Shown here piece after piece: positions 47,208 through 58,276 of a stretch of 64,000 nt of DNA; position 1 is the first letter of the stretch, and every line of letters begins with the position of its first letter. A program made the translations under genes and the position numbers. The notes beneath the pieces were generated by a model that was not told the origin of the DNA, made no database searches, and saw nothing but the letters and a program-made list of their open reading frames with translations. This DNA comes from Bdellovibrionales bacterium. Its GTDB lineage: Bacteria; Bdellovibrionota; Bdellovibrionia; Bdellovibrionales; UBA1609. Where the stretch lies: positions 192,028-256,027 of the forward strand of contig JBGSNU010000005.1 in assembly GCA_041739415.1 (NCBI GenBank). The letters run 5' to 3'.

Positions 47208-48899
47208 ATGGATGAATCAACGAAACCTGCGGGTGGCGAAGGCGCTCCAGCCCCAACGGCTCCCACTGATGCCAAAGCCCCGAGCGCACCCACGGCCGGC
47301 CAACAAGTTCGAGAAGAACAATCCGGTGGCGGTGAACAACGTGATGGTGGTCGCCGACACTTTAAGCCCCGCTCCAATAACAGCGGTGGTGGTGGCGGGC
47401 GTGGTGATCACCGTGGCGGTGGAGGCGGCAAGCGCCCCTATCAAAATTTTAAGAACCGCGACCGCGGTGATCGGGATCGTGGCGGCGAGCGAAATGACAA
47501 CCGCGATCGTGGCGAGCGCAATAACGGCGGCTATCAACACGGCGGCTATCATAATGAGGGTCGTGGAGATATTCCAGTCGAAGAAACACAAGTTGAAGAT
47601 TTAACGCCGGTCGATCTCTCTGAAATCAATCTCACAGAGGAAGAGCGAAAAGAGCTCAACTCCAAAAATCTAAAATCAAAAGACATTCGTGAGCTCACTC
47701 AGCTAGCACTCAAGCTGAAGATTGAAAACGCAGCCGGCCTTCGTCGCCAAGATATGGTCTTTGAGATCCTCAAACGCGCCGCTCAGTTGGGCGATATTTT
47801 TGGCAATGGAGTTCTAGAAATTCTGCCAGATGGCTACGGCTTTTTACGATCACCCGATTACAACTATCTGCCAGGTCCGGATGACATCTACGTTAGCCCC
47901 TCGCAAATACGACGTTTTGGTCTTCGCACGGGCGACACAGTTAGCGGAACTGTTCGACCACCTAAGGACGGAGAGCGATACTTTGCGTTACTGAAAGTGG
48001 ACACGCTCAACTACGAGCCTCTTGATAAAGCCAAAGATAAAATTCTGTTCGACAATCTCACGCCGCTCTACCCGAATGAGCGCCTAAGACTTGAGTACGA
48101 CCCAAAAGACACCACCACTCGAGTGGTCGATTTGATGGCACCGCTCGGCAAGGGCCAGCGGGCATTGATCGTGGCGCCGCCTCGTACAGGTAAAACAGTG
48201 TTGATGCAAAATATTGCCAATGCGATTGCGGCAAACCATCCTGAGGTCTTTCTCATCGTCCTATTGATCGATGAGCGTCCAGAGGAAGTGACCGATATGA
48301 CCCGCACCGTGAAGGGCGAAGTCATCAGCTCTACCTTCGATGAGCCACCGACTCGGCACGTACAGGTTTCTGAAATGGTGATTGAGAAGGCCAAGCGATT
48401 GGTCGAGCACAAACACGATGTGGTGATTTTGCTAGATTCCATCACGCGGTTGGCTCGAGCCTACAACACGGTCGTGCCACCATCGGGCAAAATTCTCTCA
48501 GGCGGTGTGGATTCAAATGCTCTCCATAAACCGAAGCGCTTCTTTGGTGCAGCTCGTAACATCGAGGAGGGTGGCAGCTTAACGATTATCGCGACGGCCC
48601 TCATCGACACGGGCTCGCGTATGGATGAAGTCATCTTTGAGGAATTCAAAGGGACTGGTAACTCTGAGATTCACCTGGACCGTAAACTCATGGAGAAACG
48701 TATTTTCCCATGTATGGACATCAACAAGTCGGGCACGCGCAAAGAGGATCTACTCATTGAGAAAAGTGAACTCAATCGCCTGTGGATTCTTCGCAAAGTG
48801 TTGGCGCCTATGAACGTAGTCGATAGCATGGAGTTTTTGTTGGACAAGCTGCAACACGCAAAGACCAACGGCGACTTCTTGGGATCAATGGGCGGGTAG
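47208..48899 (+). CDS. rho: Transcription termination factor Rho with a ~150-aa N-terminal disordered RG-rich extension
   Basis: From about residue 150 onward it is colinear with E. coli Rho ([33 protein letters not shown], Walker [29 protein letters not shown]). The N-terminus is [17 protein letters not shown]...[20 protein letters not shown]. Confidence 0.96.
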   Translation: MDESTKPAGGEGAPAPTAPTDAKAPSAPTAGQQVREEQSGGGEQRDGGRRHFKPRSNNSGGGGGRGDHRGGGGGKRPYQNFKNRDRGDRDRGGERNDNRDRGERNNGGYQHGGYHNEGRGDIPVEETQVEDLTPVDLSEINLTEEERKELNSKNLKSKDIRELTQLALKLKIENAAGLRRQDMVFEILKRAAQLGDIFGNGVLEILPDGYGFLRSPDYNYLPGPDDIYVSPSQIRRFGLRTGDTVSGTVRPPKDGERYFALLKVDTLNYEPLDKAKDKILFDNLTPLYPNERLRLEYDPKDTTTRVVDLMAPLGKGQRALIVAPPRTGKTVLMQNIANAIAANHPEVFLIVLLIDERPEEVTDMTRTVKGEVISSTFDEPPTRHVQVSEMVIEKAKRLVEHKHDVVILLDSITRLARAYNTVVPPSGKILSGGVDSNALHKPKRFFGAARNIEEGGSLTIIATALIDTGSRMDEVIFEEFKGTGNSEIHLDRKLMEKRIFPCMDINKSGTRKEDLLIEKSELNRLWILRKVLAPMNVVDSMEFLLDKLQHAKTNGDFLGSMGG

Positions 48900-48912
48900 T
48901 TGCGAGACAGCA

Positions 48913-49980
48913 ATGTTTGAGAAGTTAAACGAAGTTGAAAAGCGATTTGAGCAGGTGCAACAGTCCTTGATGGAGCCAGGAGTGGCTAACCATCAAGAGC
49001 GCTATCGCAACCTCATGAAGGAACTCTCTGACCTCGAAGAAGTCGTTGGGACGTTTCGTGAGTTTAAAAAGATCCGCTCAGATCTGACGGGCAATCGATT
49101 GATTCTCGACACTGAAAGTGACGAGGAGATGCGCGCGTTAGTCAAAGAAGAGATGGGTCCACTCGAAGCGAAGCTGCTAGACCTCGAGGAGCAACTCAAG
49201 ATTTTGCTTCTGCCCAAGGATCCCAATGATGACAAAAACATCATAATGGAAATTCGAGCCGGTGCCGGCGGTGATGAGGCGAGTCTTTTTGCCATGGAAC
49301 TCTTTCGCGGATACTCCCACTATGCGACGACACGGGGCTGGCGCGTGGAAGTGATGTCTATTTCTGATGGGAATGTGGGCGGATACAAAGAGGCTATCGC
49401 CATGATTTCTGGCGAAAAGGTCTATTCGCTTTTGAAATATGAAAGTGGAGTTCACCGCGTGCAGCGAGTTCCCAAAACAGAGACTCAAGGGCGCGTTCAT
49501 ACCTCCACCGTTACCGTTGCGATCATTCCTGAAGCAGAAGAGACCGAAGTAAAAATTGAATCGAAGGATCTGCGAATTGATGTGATGCGAGCGAGTGGTG
49601 CCGGTGGACAGTCCGTTAACCGAACAGAGTCAGCGGTTCGAATCACGCATCTACCAACCAACACCGTAGTTTACTGTCAAGATGGCAAGTCCCAGCACGC
49701 CAACCGAGACAAGGCAATGAAAGTGCTTTTCTCTCGATTGAAACAAATGGAAGAAGACAAAGCCCGACAAGTGGCCTCAGATGCCCGCCTCTCACAAATT
49801 GGGACTGGCGACCGATCCGAGCGAATCAGGACATACAATTTTCCGCAATCCCGAATCACAGATCATCGGATTGGCTTGACCATACACTCACTCACTGAAG
49901 TTATGAACGGTTCGTTTGATCCGCTGATCAATCCACTTGTGACGCACCACCAGGCGGAACTCTTAAAACAAAGCTTATGA
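48913..49980 (+). CDS. prfA: Peptide chain release factor 1
   Basis: GGQ motif ([10 protein letters not shown]) and RF1-type tripeptide region [16 protein letters not shown]. Confidence 0.95.
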   Translation: MFEKLNEVEKRFEQVQQSLMEPGVANHQERYRNLMKELSDLEEVVGTFREFKKIRSDLTGNRLILDTESDEEMRALVKEEMGPLEAKLLDLEEQLKILLLPKDPNDDKNIIMEIRAGAGGDEASLFAMELFRGYSHYATTRGWRVEVMSISDGNVGGYKEAIAMISGEKVYSLLKYESGVHRVQRVPKTETQGRVHTSTVTVAIIPEAEETEVKIESKDLRIDVMRASGAGGQSVNRTESAVRITHLPTNTVVYCQDGKSQHANRDKAMKVLFSRLKQMEEDKARQVASDARLSQIGTGDRSERIRTYNFPQSRITDHRIGLTIHSLTEVMNGSFDPLINPLVTHHQAELLKQSL

Positions 49981-50831
49981 CGCTCGCAGAGCTTGAGCTT
50001 GAAACTCGAACAAAATTAAAAAATGCCAAGCTAGACGATCCTGCGTTTGAAGCTCGGCAGCTTTTAATCGAACTCTTGCAGATCGAGGCGACAGATCTTC
50101 TGTTAAAATCCGAGCAAGTGATGAGCTCGAGCACAATCGATCACGCGCGTGAGTGGACTAAAAAGCGCTGCGACGAATTTCCGTTGGCCTATCTTTCGCG
50201 CCGACGCGGTTTTTACAAACACACATTTTATGTTGAGCCAGGAGTATTGATCCCGAGGCCTGAGACGGAGCTCTTGGTGACTCATGCCTTGGCAATTGTG
50301 CAGGCCCGGCAACCCCCCGGCGACATTGCGTTTGCGGATTTAGGCTCAGGTAGTGGTTGCGTGGGACTCAGTGTCTTGAGCGAACTGCCGAGCTCTTCGC
50401 GACTGTATGCTGTGGATGTCTCGCCGCAAGCGATTAATGTCACTCGCAAAAATGCGGAGCAGCTCGGTTTGTCGGGGCAGGTTCAATGCATAATGCAAGA
50501 TGCAGTGACGTGGACCCCACCCCAACCGCTAGATTTTGTATTGGCAAATCCGCCGTACATTGCGGTCGGCGATCCGCAACTTCATCCAGCGGTAGAAAAA
50601 TATGAGCCAGCACTTGCACTATTTGCGGCAGCGGATGGATTTGAGTTTCTTAACTCCTGGGCCGAGTGGAGTGCCCGCCACCTTCGCCCAGGCGGCTTTG
50701 TAATCTTTGAAATCGGTTCTGGTCAAAGTGCCCGCGCTCAAGACATAATGGCGAGCAATGGATTCGTTTCTATTCAGAGTTTTCAAGATCTAGCCGGGAT
50801 TAAACGCGTGATTCACGGCCAAAAATTATAA
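49977..50831 (+). CDS. prmC: Release-factor glutamine N5-methyltransferase
   Basis: ATGA overlap with prfA. SAM motif DLGSGSGC and the catalytic NPPY (LANPPYI). Confidence 0.9.
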   Translation: MTLAELELETRTKLKNAKLDDPAFEARQLLIELLQIEATDLLLKSEQVMSSSTIDHAREWTKKRCDEFPLAYLSRRRGFYKHTFYVEPGVLIPRPETELLVTHALAIVQARQPPGDIAFADLGSGSGCVGLSVLSELPSSSRLYAVDVSPQAINVTRKNAEQLGLSGQVQCIMQDAVTWTPPQPLDFVLANPPYIAVGDPQLHPAVEKYEPALALFAAADGFEFLNSWAEWSARHLRPGGFVIFEIGSGQSARAQDIMASNGFVSIQSFQDLAGIKRVIHGQKL

Positions 50832-50847
50832 TCAAAGTGAGTGATTT

Positions 50848-52101
50848 ATGGACAAGATGATTGTTAGAAGTGGCACACAGCTCAACGGTGTAACCTTTGC
50901 CAGCGGTTCAAAAAATTCTGCCTTGCCTTTGATTTTTTCGACATTGCTCGCGGATGGGGAGCACGTTTTTCACAACGTGCCCGATCTTGTTGACGTAAAA
51001 TCAGCGTGCTCGCTTCTTGAAAACTTTGGCTGCAAGACATCCTACAAAGATCACACTTTGCGTATCCATGTGGATGGGCTGAGCACATTGGTGGCTCCCT
51101 ACGATATTGTTCGTAAAATGCGCGCCAGTATTCTTTGCCTGGGTCCGTTGCTGGCTCGGTTTCGTGAAGCCAAGGTGAGTTTGCCCGGTGGTTGTGCCAT
51201 CGGCACGCGTCCCATCGATTTGCACTTAGATGGGATGAAGGCCATGGGGGCAGAGATTGAAGTTGAATCTGGCTATGTCTTGGGACGGACCTCACATTTG
51301 CAGGGTGCGAAAATTTTGTTTGAGGCTCCAACAGTTGGCGGCACTGAGAACATTATGATGGCAGCAACCTTGGCTCGCGGTGAAACCGTGATCGAGAATG
51401 CCGCCAAAGAGCCTGAAATTGTCGACCTAGCGGCCTACCTTAATAAAATGGGGGCAAATGTAAAGGGCGCGGGAACAAGTATCATCACCATAGTGGGAGT
51501 GGATAAACTTCGCGCTACCGAGCACACAGTGATTCCAGACCGAATCGAGGCTGGAACTCTATTGATTGCAGGAGCGATTACTGGCGGCAAAGTTACTGTG
51601 GAGAAATGTCGACCACAAGATTTAGAGGCTCTAACTGCAAAAATGCGTGAGGCTGGCTTTACGATCACCGAGGGCTCCGACTCATTGACCGTGCATCCGT
51701 GTAAACAGTGGAAGGGTGTAGATATCACGACCTCGCCCCATCCGGCTTTCCCCACGGACTTACAAGCACAGTTCATGGCGCTTATGACTCAAGCCCATGG
51801 CACGAGCGTGATCACCGAGACTGTCTTTGAAAACCGCTTTATGCATGTGCAAGAACTTGTGCGGCTCAACGCCGACATCACTCCCAAAACCCGAGTTGCT
51901 GTCGTTCGTGGTGCGCCGGGTAAGTTAATGGGCGCTCCTGTTATGGCTACGGACCTTCGAGCTAGCGCTTGTCTGGTGCTGACGGGGCTAGTGGCAGAAG
52001 GAGAAACCGTGGTGAATCGAATCTATCACCTCGATCGGGGCTATGAAAACATCGAAGGTAAGCTCACTAAGCTTGGTGCAAATATCGAGCGCGCCAAGTA
52101 G
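50848..52101 (+). CDS. murA: UDP-N-acetylglucosamine 1-carboxyvinyltransferase
   Basis: GSKNSALP, the active-site loop LPGGCAIGTRPIDLH (Cys), and DRGYE at the C-terminus. Confidence 0.96.
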   Translation: MDKMIVRSGTQLNGVTFASGSKNSALPLIFSTLLADGEHVFHNVPDLVDVKSACSLLENFGCKTSYKDHTLRIHVDGLSTLVAPYDIVRKMRASILCLGPLLARFREAKVSLPGGCAIGTRPIDLHLDGMKAMGAEIEVESGYVLGRTSHLQGAKILFEAPTVGGTENIMMAATLARGETVIENAAKEPEIVDLAAYLNKMGANVKGAGTSIITIVGVDKLRATEHTVIPDRIEAGTLLIAGAITGGKVTVEKCRPQDLEALTAKMREAGFTITEGSDSLTVHPCKQWKGVDITTSPHPAFPTDLQAQFMALMTQAHGTSVITETVFENRFMHVQELVRLNADITPKTRVAVVRGAPGKLMGAPVMATDLRASACLVLTGLVAEGETVVNRIYHLDRGYENIEGKLTKLGANIERAK

Positions 52102-52116
52102 ATCGGTGCTTTAGGC

Positions 52117-52151
52117 AAAAAAAGCCCGAGTTCGGGGGGCCGAATCGGGCT
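52117..52151 (-). terminator. Intrinsic terminator (minus-strand orientation) between the convergent murA and a small secreted-protein gene
   Basis: On the minus strand: AGCCCGATTCGG-cccc-CCGAACTCGGGCT followed by T7. Confidence 0.7.
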
Positions 52152-52223
52152 ATGGAGTTCTAGAGTGGACAGGATCGGGGGGAGGCGGCCCACTAGAGAA
52201 TTTCAAATCCAAACAAAAATAAA

Positions 52224-52655
52224 CTACAAGAGCTCAGCACCTTGCACTTCTATTGCAAAGTCAAAGTTTTGAAACTTAATCGTATACGACTTAGCGGACT
52301 CAATCTCAACTCGCGCGGCTCGCACTAGGGTCTGCATATTTACTGAAGTGTTAAAGTCGTCGACGCGAGCTATGCAGTTGTCGAGGGGCATGGTCGAAGA
52401 CATGTGGATGACCAGTTGCTCAGGGGCTGCGGGGTTTTGGATAAGGCTCGCAGTGGGTTGACTGTGGCAGGGGTTAGGAATACTTCCCCACACATTAAGG
52501 ACGGGGCCAGAGGAGCTAACGGTGACATCATGGATTTTTACAGGGCTTTGATATTGTGAAGGAAAGTAAGCAGCAAGCGTTGAGGCATTTGCATTCATAA
52601 AACCAGAGATCAACAAAACAGAAACTATGTACGCAGCAATCACTAATGGCTTCAT
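52224..52655 (-). CDS. Small secreted protein, function unknown
   Basis: 143 aa. Signal peptide (..GFMNANA) and a beta-rich mature part. No family recognised. Confidence 0.6.
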   Translation of the reverse strand: MKPLVIAAYIVSVLLISGFMNANASTLAAYFPSQYQSPVKIHDVTVSSSGPVLNVWGSIPNPCHSQPTASLIQNPAAPEQLVIHMSSTMPLDNCIARVDDFNTSVNMQTLVRAARVEIESAKSYTIKFQNFDFAIEVQGAELL

Positions 52656-52921
52656 AAAATCTCCTGGGCTTTCAATTCGTTCACTCTACAACCAGACTAT
52701 TAGCAAGGTCAGTGCCAGCTCTCACGGGCTTGCCATTTGGATCTGACGGATGGCGTGGTTCCAAGTTGAGTCTAGAAATTTTATATTAAATTGAATTTAT
52801 CAGTGATTTCAATATTTTAGAGAATCGCCCCAAGACGCAACCAAAACCCAGGTTGGAACTACCAGAAGCTAGCCTTGGCCTAGGCGTTTATTCAAAATAC
52901 GGATACGATGAATGAGGATTT

Positions 52922-55729
52922 ATGGGTGACGGCAATAAAAAATGGATTATTCGAGAGGCCTCAGGGCGAATAGTTGGGCCTTTCACGACAGAAAAGGTTC
53001 TCTATAAAATAGGCCGAGGGGAGCTCTCGGGCGACGAAGCGATTTCCCATTACCCTGGGGGTAAATGGATCCCTATTACGCAAGATCCTCAGTTCTATGA
53101 CAAATTGCTCGATATTTTGGCTGTTAATCCTCGGGGCGGAGTTGAAGAGACCACCGAGATTTTTGAGCAGACCCAGGCCTTTTCGCAAGACTCCGCCGCG
53201 GATACGGGTGAGGATGAGTTCGCATTTGCAAAACACAGTGTCGCGCGCGAGAAGGCACCAATCGACTCTGGCGCGGACACAGACCCCCACCTAACACAAA
53301 CTCGCTCTCGTGTGGATGACATTGAACTTATCGACACACGTCCAGAGATCTGGCGTGGGATATTGAAACGCGCAAAAATTCCGGCCCTGGTTGGAGGCGT
53401 AGCCCTGACATTGGCGGCGGTGTTGTACTGGAGCGATGAACCTCCGGTTGAGCGAATTCACTTGTTAGCGCCACAAAGGGGCCTCTCGCAGCTAGAGGCC
53501 AGTGCATTGAGCGACCGCAAAAAACAAGGCGCCACTGCCTTTGTCGAGGATACTTTTCAAAGCTACCTGCGATCACAGAATGAGTTTGTTCATATCGTTG
53601 AGCGAAACAACAAAGACGCAGAATCTATGGCCCTACTTTGCTTAACCTACTTGCAGCTGTGGCCGTACTCGCATCAAGATTCAAGTGACAGTCGAGCGCT
53701 GGCCACGGTTGTGCAGATGTCATCAGCGGTTGATCCAGCGGGGCTTCACTCGGCGACCTGTCGAGCGGTGGACCTCATTGTTCGCTCCCGCTTTCCTGAA
53801 GCGATGAGCTTGGTCGATTCCGTTTTGGAAACGCGAGCGAGCAGTCACCCTCCAATCATTTTTTATTTTCTAAAAGGCTTATTGTACGCAGGGGGGACAG
53901 AACACTCGGCGGCAGTCGGCTATTTACAAAGCAGTCAGCAGTTATGGCCACAGTGGGTGTTGCCGTATTCGCTCGAAGCTTCTGTACAGGCAAGGCTGGA
54001 GCAGTACAGTGAGGCCGCAAATCTGTATCGCCGCATTCTGCAGACCAACTCTGAGCACACGGTTTCACGCATTGAGCTGGGCTTATTGGAGTACAAACAT
54101 TTTAATCAAATCGAACAGGCAGAGCGCAATCTCCACCAGGCCATAGACCACGGCCGCGCTCCCAGTGGCCTAGTTTCTCGCGCGTACTTTGGCTTGGCAG
54201 AAATTCATCTCAAAAGAGGTGATCAAAAGGGTGCACTCAAATATGCACAAAAGTCGTTTTCTCTAAATTCAGGCAATACACCGGCCAAAAACCTCATTGT
54301 TCAGCTGGGGGGAATTGAAAAACTCAGAGGCACAAAGGTCAAAGGCCAACAGTTGGTTTTTGAAGGAGATCAATTTTTTCGCGAGGGCGATTGTGCTGCG
54401 GCTCAAGCCCATTTTAAAGCTGCTTTTGAAGAGGATCCAAAAAATGCCATGGCCGCGCTAAAGGCTGCTCGGTGCTTGTGGCAACTGAGCTTAAGCACTG
54501 AAGCTGTCGACTGGTTAAATAAAGCCATCAGGTCTGATTCCAAGTTGCTTGAGGCCTATGTGCTGATGGCAGACTACCAATCGCAGCGTTACAATTTTCA
54601 GGCAGCCGGTCGAGTGTTGGAGACCGCTTATCGCGTCAATCCCAAAAGTTATGAGGTGCTTCGAGGCTTTGCAATGGTTGAGCTGCGTCGAGGCAATGCC
54701 AGCGGAGCACTCACTTATGGGCGGCGCGCTCTTGCCCTCTATGAGCACGACGTTGAGACACAAATTTTGCTGTCTCAAATCAGTCTCAATCTGCGCGACT
54801 TCAAAATGGCCTACAACTATGCAGCCAAGGCCGTCGAAATCGATATCAATCATCGTAAGGCCCAGATTACCTATGCCCAGGCCTTAGCTGGCTTACAGGG
54901 TGTCGACGTTGGGCTGGATTATATGATGAAGCTCGTAGGCAATTACTCGCACGTTATGGAGTATCGCCTCGCCTTGGGGAAGATGTTGTTATCCGACGAG
55001 CGCTATCGTCAAGCGGAGGAAGTCTATCGGCAAGTCATTAAGCTTGATGAGAAGCCCAAAGAGGCGTACGTCGAGCTTGCAAAGGCCATTTGGGCGGAGT
55101 CTCGACAACCTGAAGCACTTCGTCTGTTGCTTAAAGCTGCAGTTTTGGATCCTGCAGACGCTGAGCCATTGTTTGTCTCTGGAACCATTTACTTAGAGAT
55201 GCTTCGTCCAGCTGAGGCACGGCTCCAATTCACCCGAGTCTTGACCATCAACAAGCTCTACCCGCGCGTGCAATATCAGTTGGGTCGCGCGGCCTTGATG
55301 TTAAATGATCCGAAAGAAGCCTTGGCCGCGACCGAGCGCGAAAAGTTAGCAAACCCAAACTTAGCAGATGCCTATTTACTGGCGGCTGAGGCCCATACGC
55401 TACTCCAACAGTACAGCAGTTGCGCCAGTGAATACCAAAAGGCCATTAAGCTCCGGCCGCAGCAAGCGACGATCTATATCAGGTTAGCCCAGTGCTACAG
55501 AAAGCGGGGCGATCTCGAAGCTGCGGCGGCAATGCTTAACGTGGCTGCCAGCCAAGAGTCGGGGATTCCAGATATCTACAAAGAGCAGGGGGCCATTTTT
55601 GAATCGAAGGGGGACCTCGTCCGTGCCATTGCGGCTTATCAGCAGTACTTTGTGTTGAATCCCGAGGCTGCAGATCGCCAGTTGATCGAAGATCGAATTT
55701 CCGCTTTACAGCGGGGTCAAAGACCTTAA
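52922..55729 (+). CDS. GYF_2 (DUF4339)-like N-terminal domain fused to a long TPR array, with one TM segment
   Basis: N-terminus WIIREASGRIVGPFTTEKVLYKIGRGELSGDEAISHYPGGKWIPI. A hydrophobic segment (IPALVGGVALTLAAVLYW). About 700 aa of TPR-type repeats. Confidence 0.8.
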   Translation: MGDGNKKWIIREASGRIVGPFTTEKVLYKIGRGELSGDEAISHYPGGKWIPITQDPQFYDKLLDILAVNPRGGVEETTEIFEQTQAFSQDSAADTGEDEFAFAKHSVAREKAPIDSGADTDPHLTQTRSRVDDIELIDTRPEIWRGILKRAKIPALVGGVALTLAAVLYWSDEPPVERIHLLAPQRGLSQLEASALSDRKKQGATAFVEDTFQSYLRSQNEFVHIVERNNKDAESMALLCLTYLQLWPYSHQDSSDSRALATVVQMSSAVDPAGLHSATCRAVDLIVRSRFPEAMSLVDSVLETRASSHPPIIFYFLKGLLYAGGTEHSAAVGYLQSSQQLWPQWVLPYSLEASVQARLEQYSEAANLYRRILQTNSEHTVSRIELGLLEYKHFNQIEQAERNLHQAIDHGRAPSGLVSRAYFGLAEIHLKRGDQKGALKYAQKSFSLNSGNTPAKNLIVQLGGIEKLRGTKVKGQQLVFEGDQFFREGDCAAAQAHFKAAFEEDPKNAMAALKAARCLWQLSLSTEAVDWLNKAIRSDSKLLEAYVLMADYQSQRYNFQAAGRVLETAYRVNPKSYEVLRGFAMVELRRGNASGALTYGRRALALYEHDVETQILLSQISLNLRDFKMAYNYAAKAVEIDINHRKAQITYAQALAGLQGVDVGLDYMMKLVGNYSHVMEYRLALGKMLLSDERYRQAEEVYRQVIKLDEKPKEAYVELAKAIWAESRQPEALRLLLKAAVLDPADAEPLFVSGTIYLEMLRPAEARLQFTRVLTINKLYPRVQYQLGRAALMLNDPKEALAATEREKLANPNLADAYLLAAEAHTLLQQYSSCASEYQKAIKLRPQQATIYIRLAQCYRKRGDLEAAAAMLNVAASQESGIPDIYKEQGAIFESKGDLVRAIAAYQQYFVLNPEAADRQLIEDRISALQRGQRP

Positions 55730-55738
55730 AATAAAAGC

Positions 55739-56035
55739 ATGGCAAACCTTATGGACAATGTCCAAGATCGCTTTAGAACATCCTCGAGTACTCTCATTCT
55801 GCTCAGCGCTCGCCTGTTGTCTGGATTGTTTCTTGGGCTTTGTATGGCCCTTATTGGACAAGAGATCATTGGCTATGCGTCACTATCCTTCGTCTTTGTA
55901 TTGGTGGCATTTACTTCTGTTGTGATGCGGATCAGTCGCAATTGGAGCTGGGCTTATCTATTCATCTTCAACTTGATTTGTGTCTTGATCGGTCTTCTTC
56001 TGCGCATGTACATTCTCTTTGCACCCACTGCATGA
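55739..56035 (+). CDS. Small membrane protein (98 aa, 3 TM)
   Basis: Hydrophobic ORF tightly packed between the TPR gene and serS. No family recognised. Confidence 0.5.
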   Translation: MANLMDNVQDRFRTSSSTLILLSARLLSGLFLGLCMALIGQEIIGYASLSFVFVLVAFTSVVMRISRNWSWAYLFIFNLICVLIGLLLRMYILFAPTA

Positions 56036-56044
56036 GGATGACAT

Positions 56045-57358
56045 ATGATCGACATTAAATCCCTTGAACAAACTGAAGTGAATTCTCTCACGGGACTCAC
56101 GTATCGTGAAGAGTACAAACGATCGCTAAAAAACCGTGGTGCTGACACCTCTGTCATCGATAAAATTTTGCAGATAAACGCCTCGCGCCGACAAGTGATC
56201 ACTCAACAAGAGGGTTTGCGAGCCCAGCAGAACAAAGTGGGCGAGGAGATCGCTCGTCGTAAGCGCAACAAAGAGGATGCGTCCGAACTGCTTTCTGAAA
56301 TGCAGGGGATTTCATCTAAGGTCAAAGAGTTAGAGCAAAGCGTTTCTTCAATTGAAGCTGAGCTCAACAGCCTCGCGCTCGTTCTACCCAACCTGGTCCA
56401 TCACACGGTTCCCGTGGGTGAGTCTGAAGAAGACAATCAGTTGGTTCGAGCCTCTGGTGTGAAGCGTGAGTTTAGTTTCAAGCCAAAGGAGCATTGGGAG
56501 ATCGGTGAGAATTTAGGAATTATCGATTTTGAGCGCGCGGCCAAAGTGACTGGAGCTCGTTTTGCCTTTTTAAAAGGTGCAGCGGCCCAATTGGAGCGTG
56601 CACTGCTGCAGTTCATGATGGATTTGCATTCGCGCGAGCATGGTTACAATGAGATGATTCCGCCTTTTATTGCAAACTCTCAAGCCTTCGTTGGGACCTC
56701 GCAGTTTCCAAAGTTTAAAGAAGATGTGTTTCACCTGGAGGGCACGGATTTTCATCTGATTCCCACCGCTGAGGTTCCGGTCACCAATTATTTTGCTTCT
56801 GAAATTTTGCGAGAGAGCGACTTGCCTATAAAATTTGTGGCCTATTCTCCCTGCTTCCGCTCAGAGGCTGGAAGTTATGGCAAAGACACGCGAGGTCTGA
56901 TTCGACAGCACCAGTTTAACAAAGTGGAGCTGGTGATGTTCGCTCATCCCGATAAATCTTTTGAACTCCACGAGCAATTGACCACTCATGCAGAGCGCGT
57001 TCTGCAGCTGTTGGAGTTGCCCTATCGAGTGATGTGTCTGTGCACCAAGGATATTGGCTTTGGCGCAACCAAGTGCTTTGACCTCGAGGTCTGGCTACCC
57101 GGGCAGCAAGCCTACCGAGAGATCAGCTCCTGTTCAAACTTTGGAGACTTTCAGGCGCGACGTGCCGGGATCCGATTTAAGTCAGATGCCCCCAAGGCGA
57201 AAACACAGTTTGTGCACACGTTAAATGGTTCGGGCCTGGCGATTGGGCGCACTCTCATTGCTGTGTTAGAAAATTATCAGCAAGAGGATGGCTCCGTGAT
57301 TGTTCCAAAAGTTTTGCAGCCCTATATGGGCGGACTTGCCAAAATAGAAAAAAAATAG
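56045..57358 (+). CDS. serS: Seryl-tRNA synthetase
   Basis: N-terminal coiled coil. Class II motifs ([21 protein letters not shown]; [18 protein letters not shown]). Confidence 0.96.
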   Translation: MIDIKSLEQTEVNSLTGLTYREEYKRSLKNRGADTSVIDKILQINASRRQVITQQEGLRAQQNKVGEEIARRKRNKEDASELLSEMQGISSKVKELEQSVSSIEAELNSLALVLPNLVHHTVPVGESEEDNQLVRASGVKREFSFKPKEHWEIGENLGIIDFERAAKVTGARFAFLKGAAAQLERALLQFMMDLHSREHGYNEMIPPFIANSQAFVGTSQFPKFKEDVFHLEGTDFHLIPTAEVPVTNYFASEILRESDLPIKFVAYSPCFRSEAGSYGKDTRGLIRQHQFNKVELVMFAHPDKSFELHEQLTTHAERVLQLLELPYRVMCLCTKDIGFGATKCFDLEVWLPGQQAYREISSCSNFGDFQARRAGIRFKSDAPKAKTQFVHTLNGSGLAIGRTLIAVLENYQQEDGSVIVPKVLQPYMGGLAKIEKK

Positions 57359-57379
57359 CCTTAGCTCGGTTCGGAGTGG

Positions 57380-57889
57380 TTAGGAATTGTCACGTAGGAT
57401 TTGGGCATCGAGGGCGTCGAACTCGAGTTCAGTTCGGTTGATCAAGGCTCTTTCAAGGGCGTTCAGTTGTTCAAGAGTGGCTCGGCTGCCGTCTCTATTA
57501 AAAATGTTTAGCGCGCTAGCATAAACATCTTGGGCCTCTGCGGGAGTCTGAATCAACCCAGCCACTTCTTCGATCGGCAAATTGTTAGATCTTGCGTGTT
57601 CGATCGCCTCCCGCACAATTGGACTACCACATCTCGCGCCGATCTCGTTCTCAGCCATTGCTTTGTTCGCGAGCTTACAAATTATCCTGAGCTCAGCGCT
57701 ATTTAGACTGCCGTTGGCCATTCCGATTCTAATCATGGCCAGTGTCATGACGGCGTAATTGTACTCGCGGCCCTCGAGTGCCAATTGTTCAAAGCGAATG
57801 TTGGTGGCCGCAGCAGGCTCAGCAAAACTTGCCGCCAAAGATATGCAAATGCCGAGTGTGGCCAGGCGCTTTTTTAATAAGTTATGCAT
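57380..57889 (-). CDS. Secreted helical protein, function unknown
   Basis: 169 aa with a signal peptide (..ASFAEPAAA). No family recognised. Confidence 0.55.
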   Translation of the reverse strand: MHNLLKKRLATLGICISLAASFAEPAAATNIRFEQLALEGREYNYAVMTLAMIRIGMANGSLNSAELRIICKLANKAMAENEIGARCGSPIVREAIEHARSNNLPIEEVAGLIQTPAEAQDVYASALNIFNRDGSRATLEQLNALERALINRTELEFDALDAQILRDNS

Positions 57890-58276
57890 ATCCCACTCCT
57901 TGGCGAAAAGTGTCGGTACGGCAGTGAATTGGTCCTCGATAAATTCAATGCAGAGGCTGTGCCAGAGGGGCCGAGCGGCGAATCGTGCTCACGGACCGGG
58001 CTAAACATCTGAAAATTAGAAGTTTTTTTGAAAAAGTGAAGGTCGGCTCCGCGCCTCCCCAGGAGTGGACGAGAATTCAGTGACACCAAATGCGGGCACC
58101 CGCAAGAGCGACCAGTCAGTAGTGCCACGTGCAGCGAAAGGCCGGCAGCGCTGAAAAATTGCCCATCATTCGATCCGCGCGGGTTATTCTAGAATGAATT
58201 GAATTTTAAGATGGCATTTTAAGTGCAATCTGGTTCACTTAGGTTGGCTTATAAATCCGGCTTCAAAGGAGTATTT

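Noticed and set aside
47212-47604. 130-aa (+2 frame) and 124-aa (minus strand, 47217-47591) ORFs inside the 5' part of rho
   Set aside because: These are alternative frames of the GGN/CGN repeat DNA encoding the Rho RG-rich extension. The repetitive, stop-poor sequence keeps all frames open.
57874-58128. 84-aa minus-strand ORF in the 390-bp gap before the lipocalin gene
   Set aside because: It has no RBS, and the product is Arg/Ser/Pro-rich. I also looked for riboswitch-like conserved cores in this gap (cobalamin, c-di-GMP, preQ1) and did not recognise any.
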